Source: Phoronis australis
Taxonomy: Eukaryota; Animalia; Phoronida
Assembly (NCBI GenBank): GCA_002633005.1
Contig: NMRA01000416.1
Span: 35,631 to 99,630 of the forward strand
Direction of reading: 5' to 3'
DNA: 64,000 nucleotides
The translations under genes and the position numbers were made by a program. Below are positions 49,001 through 61,000 of this stretch, piece after piece. The notes beneath the pieces are model-generated. The model saw only the letters and a program-made list of their open reading frames with translations. It searched no databases and had not been told where the DNA came from. Within the stretch, counting starts at the first letter, position 1, and the number at the start of each line of letters is the position of its first letter.

Positions 49001-52000
49001 TGGTGACCACGGGTGATGTTTGTTTTGCATTTTTATGCGCAAGTGCATTTGTCGACTACTTACTAGTAGGTAATTGTCAATGTCTGTCAAAACCTTTCAT
49101 GTTTCACCAAATTACTTTTTAACTGATTGTCCACCGGCTAATTTTTTAATCTTACTTGAACGATTTTAATTTATGCCTAAAATGTCAAAGGATTGCTTAT
49201 AATCACCTGACATCAATTTTTACTTTGGGCACGAATTTCTAAAAAACATAAACTGTAAGACTTTGTGTTTGAGGTATTTTTTACTGTCAATGCAATGGTA
49301 TCCTGTTCCATGTCTCAGATTGCTGATATGCCATGACACAACAGAGAGTACCAGCCATGAAAGTCTCATTTTAAAACACATGTCTTCAATTTTGTGATGA
49401 TGCATATCTTTGTTGTTCAAAGGATCGTCAAAATCTGAGATAGTATTTCTTTGGTCATATACCATGAAGGTAAATGTGCAAAATTTCATGTAAATTAACC
49501 AACACACTTAATTGAAATCTGAAAACTGCAATTGTTGAAAATTGAAAGGTGACGCAACTGAAATTATTGGAATCCCAACAACTTGGTGCGTATTTGCCAT
49601 GTAAATAATGGGTCTGAAGAAATGTTATGAGTGACAAATTGTGGATATTTATTTTTTGACAAAAAGCTCATAAAATTGGTCTCTCAATATTCCTTACAGT
49701 AATAGGACTCCATTCATGTTACTAACAATAACATGAAAAAAGCATTGAGCACTTTAGTTTAGAATTCAGCATGGACATCTAAGCAGCAGCACAAAACCCC
49801 TTTAAGCAATTAAAATGCCAAAGCATTAGATTGCGAATTATAGAAAATGAGATACTGATCATTACAGACCTAGAATTAAAAAGATTAAAGTAAACTAGAT
49901 GAGACACAATCGTGTACAAGTTTGAGTGCACATTGGAACTGATACATACTTTTACTTTGACAAAGTCTGGTTGCTATTCTGGTAACTGGAATTTGTATTG
50001 GTATGCCTAAGTGTAGAATATATTTGGCTCTCTGATAGTTTTACAAATGTGCACTTTGACAATCTTTCATCTATGTTCAGCATATGTCCTCTGATAAACG
50101 TAGACTGTGTGTTAGTAGAGCTTCGTTTGCAAAGATAAAACGGAGAATTGGGTTGTTGAAAATGATCATTTATTGTGATGTATTAATGGAAGTATAGTCT
50201 GCTTAAATATTGATGAAGAAAAATGCTATAAGAAGTGTCTGAAATGGCTCAGAAGCCATTAAACTCCAATGTACCACAAATTATGTTGAGCTGAAGCCAC
50301 AAGCAGATGGTTACAATTAATAGGAAAATGAAGGCTTTCAAAAAACTCTGTTAGGTTTTTGTATAACATATTTGTATCAGTAGTAGTCTCGAGAGGTTAG
50401 ACTGCAAAGAATTCTGGTCTAGTTTTACTGAAAATATTCAGTGAATATGCCAGTGAAATTAATGTATTATGCCACAAAGTTTTAGATTTATAGTTAGGAT
50501 TTTGGTAACCCAATATTATCAAAAATTATCATTTTTGCTCCAACAGTTCACCGGGGACCAAGGCTGAGAACTATTGGAAAACTTTTAACTCACTGCTGTG
50601 TCATTTATCTGTGTGTGCTTTTCATGTTAAATTTCCTTCCCTTTGGCAGGGCAAAGTGCACATTGAGGTCCGCTTCAATGAATTCCTTAGTTCAGAATTC
50701 ACAACATTTACACAGCAGCGAATGGCAGTGCGCGTACTGGAGTGCAGCGACCTGGCAGTGGTCAACGGGTCATGCAATCCCTACAGTGTGGTTACTCTGA
50801 CCTATGGCAAGTCTAAGCTAAAGGAAGTCAAACGTACGGTTGTCCGACGGAAAACGACTAGTCCACAATATGATGAGACATTCTTTTTTGATGTGAGTCT
50901 TGGGAGATATGTGAATATTGATACAGGGGATTTAGATAGAGCTCAATTTGACAACCTCTGATTTTGTTTAGTGACCTGGAAAATATACCAGGTAATTGCC
51001 ACAAAGTCACCACGCCACATTCAAGCACATACTCGAAATTCCACAAGAAGTAAATAGATGGAAGTCAGAAATAGGAATGGACTCATCATGTTCATCTGCC
51101 TGGGGAGGTGAACCTGTGTGCGGGATATTGTCCCAGAGGCTAAATTGGACATCACTGAACATGCAATACGTTACTAAACAACTACAAAAAATTGCCGCCT
51201 GGGTGAGCGCCGATGCACCAGTAGACATTTGATAAATTCACTGACTTTGCAGTTCAAGTACCTCGTTTATTTCATTTTTTGCCAACAAAGTTTGGCGCCC
51301 TCTCAGTTTTCGTTTAGCAGCCTGAGAATTTTGCTCACTAAGTAAGCTACTATGATCATTTGCTTTGCTTCTAATACGTGGCTTTACCTCATGAAGTCTT
51401 CAAATTCTTGCCCCTCTTGCAAGAAATTATGTCTGTGGAGTGCACGCCTGTTCACTATATTTTGCTCTCTAATGTTTTCACAGTTGTTAACACGTTTTTT
51501 TGAGGATGCTTTTATTAAAAGCAAAATATAGATCATGAGCTTAATACTTGTATCTGTGGTCGTAGTGTCGATTGATTTGCTTAGCGTTTGGCTCAGTCGT
51601 GGTATATATATTTTTAACTAAACAAAATCATTGGTCATTGTGGGTTAAATTCATAGCCAACAGTAATTTTTGTTCCAGTTTGAAAAGCAAGGCCAGAACC
51701 ATGACAGGAACATGTATTTTGTAGAAGACATGTCAGATGCTCAGTTAAGGTAAATGACATTGAGACAGAGCATGCTGTGTGGTAAAATTGTTTCTACACA
51801 AACTGAAATGTTTACACATTTCAGCTTTACAGGATGTTGTTCAAGAAGGTTTATCTTTCTTCCAATGCTGTGTAAACTTTGTTAGAATATGGGTTTATGG
51901 GTGCCCCCATTGGGCAGGTAGGTTTTGCTGATTTTTGTGTCAAAATGAGTATAGTTTATGTCGGTGTTGACATTGACGGAGGTCTTTTTCACTAATTCAA

Positions 52001-55000
52001 AACGTGTAGTATTGTCAAGTCTAGTACTGTTAACAACAAACCTTTTATCTGGGTCACTATGGGTTGGATTTTTACAAAAACGTTATCCTGCAAGAATTCT
52101 CAGCTTTTATGTAAGAGAATGTTTAGGTGTGAACTGTGAGGTGACGAAATGGGTCACTTTTTGAGCCGGGTATTAAATTGGGCCACTTTTAGTTAGGTAT
52201 TAAAATGGGTGTATTTCAAGAGTTATGGGATTGTGGGACATTTTGTGACGGGCAATTTCGGTTGATCAACTTTGTTGAATTGATATGAATGACATGTTAG
52301 GAAGATATGAGTGGTGGATGTAATATTATCAAGGTTTACCACCAATATTGCTGATTTATGACGTTTTCTTATCACTGACCAACGATAAAAGATTTGTATG
52401 AGTAATTGTATGAATGATGATCATTTAATATCATCGGTCTGACACGAATTCATGTTAACCAAACTGGAGATTACTCTTGTGTTCATCCCAAGTGATTCAT
52501 GATGTACCATGGATGGTGAAATGCACAGATTCTCGGGATTTCATTGTATTTGAATGACCAACTTTGTGTTTGACGTACCGTAATAAAATCTGTTCATTTA
52601 TTTATTTGTCAGCATCTCCTTATGGCATGATGACTCCAGGATGTCACGTGAGGTACTCGGCAGCATGTTTCCTGGTGCTTTTCTGGGCGAGGTTAAGATT
52701 CGACTTAAAGACATTGACACAATGTCCACGCACAATGCATGGTAAGGCTTCTGTCTTGTCAGCAATCAAAATTTTGCAAACCACTAGTTCTCCTCTTGCA
52801 ACCTGAATAAATTTCTAGCAAAAATTCAAAATCTAGCAGGCACTCGCAAAGGCCGCATAATTTACGCACTGTTAAAGTTTTTGTTCCTTTAGTGTCTGTT
52901 TGGTGCCAATATTACTGAATTGCAAAAACAGTTGATTGTGACTTTTGACTGCTGCTCATTAATGATTCCAAAAATTCTCATGTGCTTCGGAATATGTCAT
53001 GTATTTGCTTCCATTACAGGCATTAATTTAAATGAATTGTTTCACCTCTGTAATAGTGATGTATAAGCACAAAGTCTGAAGTTACAGCTGCTGGTTTGCC
53101 ATTAAGCTACAACTGCTGCTGTTGATCGCATGTATTCACTTGTCAGGTGACATTTACAGGTACTTTCTCCAGGGACGTGGTGGTGACTCTTTCTCCATCG
53201 ACCATGACCCATCCCTTCTCGGCTCTTTGCGGCTGAACATCACCTATTCCACCGATCACATCTTTGAGTCTCACTTCTACAACGATCTCAGGAATCTCTT
53301 GCTCAACACGGTGAATGCTACAGTAAGTCTAGTCCTTGTTGTTGTTAACAGAAATCGTGCTATAATAAAGTGAGGAATCTTTTGCCTTACTCTACAGTGA
53401 GCGTCATGTTGTTTTGAGATGGTGCTCTCTTGTTCACCATTACTTGCTGTGTTCAATAAGCTAGGAATAAGTAGGTGCTCCTGCCATTGATGGCTTAGCA
53501 ATGTATGACTAACACTGTAGTATTCATGACCCCAAACCTTTTGTATTATAAATGCCTTTTCATGGATTGAACCTTTGCCCAAATTGGCTTAGCTTTATGA
53601 TTAAAATAATCATTGAATTATGAAACTTTCAACTAACTGCAAACAAGCTGATTGCGATTTCGCATTCATCGTCATATGCTAACAGTTTCTAGTTTTTTTT
53701 TTAATCAGAAAGTCCAACAGATTAAAAATTTCAAATTAGTTTCTCTGAGTTCAGGTCAGTTTTAAAAGCTGATGGTAGATAATTGCTTTTAGGAATGCTC
53801 AATAATCTAATATTACCATGATTGCTTGATGTCCCTAAACAAGTGAAAATTGAAATGATCCATTGGGCTGAGTTTGATTTCTAAAACTTGTCTGAGTATT
53901 TAATTCAAAGTTCATGAATTTTTGTCTAAATTTTTCATCGCTCATTTGCTCATTGCTCTGTCATTCTATTCAGTTCAGAGAAATTTTACTGAAAGTAGTA
54001 AATCAAGTTGTATTAAATGCTTTTAGGATGTGTACATAGCACCCCCAGGCTGCATTATTTCCATTAAAGTACACATTGTGGTTTTAAAACTGTCATCAAC
54101 GTTTTTTTTGAATTTGCAGTCACGGATCGTTGTCTCAAAATGGATGCTTTACTTTGTTCTGCAGTTTTTACTCAAGATGAGCTCAAGTTAATTTAGGCAG
54201 AATTAGTTGACCTACTGAGTGATGTTTCAGAAGAGGCGTCCACTCCATGCGATTTCGTTATCCAATTTTATCTGCAAAATATGTTGGACATTTGTTCAGG
54301 TATTACTACAGTCTAGTTCATATGGCTCTGCCTATTGCTGCTGCGCTCCAGTTGTTTGTTGTTGAGTGACGTCTCAATATGTCATTTTTAGTCTATCATA
54401 TGCTCTATTGTCTCTAACTGTATCGTTTTCAGCCAATCACGTCAAGTGCTGCCTACATTCTCGGGGAGGTGGCCGAGCACAAGCAGGACATTGCTTTGCC
54501 ATTAATTAAGTTGTTTCTTCACCACGGAAAGTTAGTCCCGTTCATCGAAGCACTAGCCAATTGGGAAATCTCAAAAGCCATGTGAGTCCAGTCTCGTCTC
54601 CTTAGGAACAAGATTGTCTAAAGTTGAAATTCACTAATTATTAAGTGTAATTGGAATTTTTGGTGTTGTGGCCTGGAAATTTGTCCACTGAAATGCATTG
54701 CTTGAAACTTGTTCAGTGTATTTTGTTTTAAAAGTACACTTTTGTCTTGTGCAGTTGAGCTTTTTAAAGTCAGTCCTTAAATAGTGCTGAGATGTAAAGG
54801 TTGAAATGTAAAAATTTAATTTACTATTTAAGAAAAGTATGAAGAAACAGCATTCTTTAATAAAAATTAGCATCTGTGTGCTAACCACATGTTTTTGTGA
54901 TTATCTGGACCAGCAAGTTAAAAATATAAAAATACAAAGCGTTAAAATGGCTTGATGTTTTCAAGAGCCAATTTTGAATTGAAAATGATCTGATGTGAGT

Positions 55001-58000
55001 TATCTACCCATGGCCACTCAGATCTGTGATGTAGTGCTGGAGAAAAGCACTGTGCCATGTAGATTAATGATGAAGTTCTGGTTTCACACCCAAAATAAAT
55101 ATAATACCTGGAAAGTTTAGTCTGGAAATTTATTGGTCACAAATTGACTGGCAGGTGACGCTCTGACCATGGACATCAGATGAATCGATTTCTCGCTGGT
55201 TCTCTAAGGATTGTTTTGGAGAAAAGCAGCAGGGAATCAATTTAACCACCTGCTGGTCAATTTGTTGTCATGTCATGGAGTTTCAAAACAAATATGGTAA
55301 AGGTATCTTAAAGCCTATCTTGAACAGTAACGCATTTGGTTTCAAGGGTATGTTAACAGCTTGCTCTAATCCCACCAGTGCCATAAATTGCCAAATGGCT
55401 TGCTCTTGTCTACGTCACCCCAAGAATCGCTTTTTAATTCAAGCAGCTGTGAATAACACCGCACGCAATGGTGATACATTCAGCCCCCTATTCAATACAA
55501 CTGTTATCGGCCATTTATTTTTGTCCTGGGTTCTCACGGTGACACAATATGGCAAGAAAGGGCAACTTCACCTTCATTTGATGGGCCTTCATTTGAATGA
55601 TTAAACTCTCGTTTTCTTATTTTGCTAAAGGTTAGCTAGGACTACCTAGTTAGCCCAATTCATCTAAAATATAACAAAACTCCGTTGAAGTTGGGCTTTT
55701 ATGTATGTCGGCTGTGTTACCAGAACTTTCTAATTCATGTGCTCTACCAGCCAATGGAAGTTCTTTTAGTAGTCTTTTTTGTTCACATTGACAAAATACT
55801 TGCGTTTTCTACAGCAACTCAGCACAGTGTAAGCACTTAGTGTTTGAAAACAGTCCCTCAATTGTTTTAGTGATCCCAACACTATATTCCGTGGCAATAC
55901 TCTGACCAGTAAATGTACAGATGAGTTGATGAAGTTAGTGGGTATACCCTACCTCCACGATACTCTAAAGGCTGTCATAGATGACATATTTGATGATGAC
56001 CAGTCCTGCGAGGTCGATCCGGCCAAACTGAAAGAGGGTGAAGACTTGCAAGCGAATACGGTATGTAGTGTGTGTTGCAAAAATCGTGTAGAACTTTCAG
56101 ACTTCGCCTGTTGTGAGAGCTCAATTTTTTTGGTAGCTTTTCATCGTTCAAGTTATGCATTTATAAAAGAAGTGAAGATATCAAGTTGAAGACATCTGGT
56201 TTTGGTTAAGTTTTGATGAAAACTGGAAATTTATGAATAGGAAATGTCAAGAGAACATGGTCAAATATAGAAAAGTTGATGGCATCAATGATAATTGAAA
56301 GCATTAAAATTGTTTAGATTATGGGATTATGTTATTGAATTAATGTAATATGATTTAGTAATTATTCAATCTACAAATCTTCCAATATTGTACTTCTTCT
56401 TAATTACATCTTTCAAATGAGCTCACTACCATGCTTCAATTAAATGAATAAAGTAAAATGTCTGTGAGCATTTGTGAAGAAATTTGACAAATCATTTTTT
56501 TACTTGCCTAATAAGGTGAATATTTCCCATGTTATTTCAGTCGAAGCTGATTGAGTATGTGGAGCGTATATTCCACGCGGTCGTCAACTCGGGTCTTCTC
56601 TGTCCCACACCTATGTGTGAGGTGTTCACTGTCATGAAGAAGGCAGCTAAGAAGCATTTTCCTGGTAAGACAATCGCAAAGTGATGAAAGCAAATTAAAG
56701 CATGTGATCTGGTTGTGGTTCCATGTGGCTGCTTTAATTTATTTTTTATATCCTAAATGTTGTTATAATGCTTTTTATATCCTATAAAGATAATAATTGC
56801 TGGAGGTCTGGTACACGTACCAGACGTGTGAAGGTGGCTCAGGTGGGCCTATTACATTAATCACCGGTAACTATTATAATATTAATATATAGTTAAAACT
56901 GAGTTGAGGAGTTAGAGACCTGACTCAAGGGTCCAGCAGTATGCCCCAGTGGAACTGGAACCCACAACCTTGAGTAAAGGAAGTGGACACTTGCCCTCTA
57001 GGCCTCCTCTGTTTACATCCTACGTAGTGCCATTTTTAACGTTATGCCATGTTTAATGTCCAAGTTATAGCATTGTTTCATTTCCTAGAAAGGAAACAAC
57101 AAAACTGTTGAATGTGTCAAATCTCTTCTCTGTATGCTAGAGATTGCTGTATTACTTGTATTGATTCCTACTCAGACTGTTGCTATGCTAAATAGTTTTG
57201 TTTACCTCCAGACAATAAAGAGGTGTGTTACCTGGTCGTCAGCGGTTTTGTGTTCCTCAGATTCTTTGCACCAGCCATCCTCGGCCCGAGGTTGTTCCAG
57301 TTAAGGACAACGGTCCCTGTGAGTTAGAGTTTATCTTGATGATTCACAAGTTATTAGGAGACTATTTTGGTTGAGGTAATCTGAAAATTATACCCAGTAG
57401 TTATGTAGGACCTTGTTGACTAGAAAATTCATTTGGCCAAATATCTACAAAACTATAGAATTTACTCCATGAAAGTATAATTTTCTGAAAGTAGAAATTC
57501 CATAGAATTCAATTTTTGACTTCGTACCAATCTGCCACTAATTAGGTCCTAGATCATACTCTTTAGTTAAATTAATTAGTAAAAAAGTGAGGTAGGTATA
57601 TTGATAGCAAAACATTAACAGGAGCAAGTTTTGAATGATATGAATGTTGAAGATAAAATCTCAAAAATGCTGTATGTTGCAATTTTCTAAATTATTTGAT
57701 TTTTATCATTTATGCAATTTTAAAGATTTTCACAAAAATTTTATAAGTCCTATTTTTGATAGCCCTCATACAACAGTGGAACGTTTTAAAATAATTCCTA
57801 ACAACACATTGAGAACAGTGCATAAAGGATTGTACTAAGTTTCATGTGAATCTGATCAGCTAGTTGATGTACCAAAGTTGACCAAACTTGGACATTTTCA
57901 GGGGTCCTACATAACCTTATGTAAGAATTACTAGTCTTCATACACTACAGGTCATGTGATGTGACCAACATATGGCAGCACAGGTCATGTGATGTGACCA

Positions 58001-61000
58001 ACATATGACTCTACAGGCCATGTGATGTGACCAACATATCGCAGTACAGGTCATTTGATGTGACCAAAATATGGCAGTACAGGTCATGTGATATGACCAT
58101 CATATGGCACTACAGGTCATGTGATATGACCATCATATGGCACTACAGGTCATGTGATGTGACCAACATATGGCCCTACAGGTCATGTGATGTGACCAAC
58201 ATATGGCTGTACAGGTCATGTGATGTGACCAACATATGACATGTACTCATACAAGATGTCAATGTGCTGATTTGTAACAACACATTATTTCTTTCCTTTC
58301 GTTTATTTATCAGGATGTCAACACCCACCGCAAGCTCACTCTTATTTCTAAGACAATCCAAAGTCTCGGAAATCTCGTTGGAACCAGGAAGGTATAAATT
58401 AAGTAACTTACTTGTTTTGTATTTCACTGAGGCTTGAAATGATACTCATTTGGTAACTGAAACCACTCAGTGAAGAGTTGATTAGTAATGCATGTAGTCC
58501 TTTTGTATTGAGCAATTCTGTTTACTTCAAATGTGTCATATTTTATGTGCTACAAATTATTGTTGAGTGTCTTGTGTGTATTTTTGTCATTGCTGATGAT
58601 CCATTGAAATATAGTCTTATAGTTTGTACATGCTTCTCCCTTACTGTCATTCGCCAAAATATCCTTCCTTCAGTATTTTTTCGGTGTGTAATTTTTTTAT
58701 GAAATTCAATCAAGACCTCTGATTTTCTTTCCAATACCTCACTCTTCAGCAAACATGTGACGTAGAGGACATCTCCAAGACTTTCTTGAAAGTATTTACC
58801 AGTTCCACCTATCTGGTTATGCTATTTTTTCTGTCTTTTTTCCCTAAAATTACACATTTCCTCAGTATTTTGCTGTCAAAAAAGCAGAGAATGAATAATC
58901 CACTTGCTCACAAAATCGATCTCATAAATATTATTTCCCATCAGATAAGTGTGGTAATGTTTTGAAATCCCAAAGCGCTTCATTTTTTGTTGCATTTTGC
59001 TTTGTTAAGCTGGCTAAAATGAAAATGGAATTAGCAGCATTTACACTCTCATAAAATCTGTGTCGTTGCATGCCTTACCAAAACAGGATTCTATATTGAC
59101 AGCTCCACACAGTGAAGTTCCTCTTAAAGTTCCTGTTGGTGTTCTTACCTTCTGTTCCTTGTTTCAGCCTGGCTTTTCATTCAAAGAAGACTACATGATG
59201 CCAGTGTTCAGCCAGTTCACCGACTCTGTACACATCGATGCTCTCAGGATGGTAAGGTCATTAGTCGAAGAAAGTCGTGCTCAGCTGTGAATCTCTCATA
59301 CAGACATGTGACCATGGCTTCATAGTTGTAACTTAATAAGAGATGCTCTGTGACACGTGGTGAAGCATTTGGTACTCAGTTGCAAGATGGCATGTTTGAG
59401 TCTTTGTATTGACAAGCTCTTGTTCCCTTGAGTATCAGCAAAGTTTTTGCTCAGTTCTCTTTTGAAGTACTCCCTTTTCATTGAGCTTGGTCCTGATCTT
59501 AACAAGTAGGCTAGCAGCGACTAAATTGGTTGCTGGTTTGAATCTTCAACATATTTCTATTCAATCAATATGCTGTTTTACGTTAAATTCCTTATAAAGA
59601 CACAACCAGTCAAAGTTAGTTTTCAACCAGAATTCTTTAAAATTAATCCGTCACCAACATTGGTGTTGGGCAGACGTCCATTCTTGGCATGTTGTTGTCA
59701 TACCTCGTGTCAAGTCAACTGTTGTTCTATGACTCTTGATTGACTTTGTGTATTATTTACTAGTTTTTAGATATAGTCTCCTGCACGGTACGAATCCATC
59801 CACATCAAATAGAGGCTCCAGTAATCCTTAAAGAAGGGTGAGTTACAAGACTGATGAGGCAGTCCTTGTTCTGCAAAATCTTTGGGATTCTTGCGTTCCT
59901 ACAATACGGAATGTTAATACTACAATATTCCAAGTTAGAGTAAGTTTGGAGTATTATCCTTTAACATGGCACAAATTAATGGGATGTAAGGTCCTAATGC
60001 CTAGCGTAACGTCTGCTTGACGAAAGTTTGTTGTCAACTTTCAGTCGGATGGAAAAATAATGGTGGGTCATTGTGCGCAATAATGATGACGAGATTTCAA
60101 TTTAAAAAATGTTGCTGTGCGTTTTCAAGAAGGTAGCTTTATTTGTTCACAGTTTGCACCAAGATGCATGTGGGTCATCTGAATTTGATGATCTTGTCCT
60201 CAGTTTCAAAGTCGTAATGAGAAACAAAAAAGTTTGATTTAGAAAATGCCGGTGATGGGACATCTTGAATTGGAAGCTTTGCAGTTTGAACAATGGTGTA
60301 TACTGGAAATTTCTTGAGACTTGTCGAGTTTGGTGACCTTGAGGTCATTTTCATGGTCACTGCAAGAAATCTTGGAGCTCTATCACATCACACAGCGAAT
60401 GAAAAATCATTTTTTTCGATGCAAGACTTTCGCATTGTGAAAATTTGAGGAATTATGTTGATTGCTTATTTTAAAAAGGTGTAAATAGATTGTTGTTAAC
60501 TTGGTTTGTACAAAATAAATTTTCAGTAAATTTTGGTTTGTACTATCTTAGGGGATGGGGTACCGTTCAGTCACTTTGTGATAACTGCTTGTCATGCTTT
60601 AAACAGTTAAGGTTTCAATGCATGATCAACTGAGCGGGCGATGAAATGTGTGTTTGTGCTATAAATTGGATATTACATGAGTCGTAAGGAGTTTTGGTGT
60701 GTGTTATGTATCGTGTATTCAATATGGTGAAGTTAAGAACATATATCTCCCATTTCACACACCCTCTTCTTCTGTGGCACTTAGATAAGGCTAATTGGCT
60801 GTATTTCCTTCCGTCTTACTGTCTACATATGAGAATGGTGAAATGCACTTTATAAACGCTAATCTGGACTCCTAATTTGTAGGATCAGGTAACCAACATG
60901 TAGTTTTTAAGTAACTTTTAAATTAGAAGAAACTTTCCCTTGAATGATCTGATATGTGAAGAGTGGTCCTGGAACCTAACATATGTATATAATGTATAAT

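Noticed and set aside
58027-58239. ORF with repeated [10 protein letters not shown]
   Set aside because: It is the in-frame translation of the 33-bp minisatellite within an intron, with no splice sites supporting exon status.
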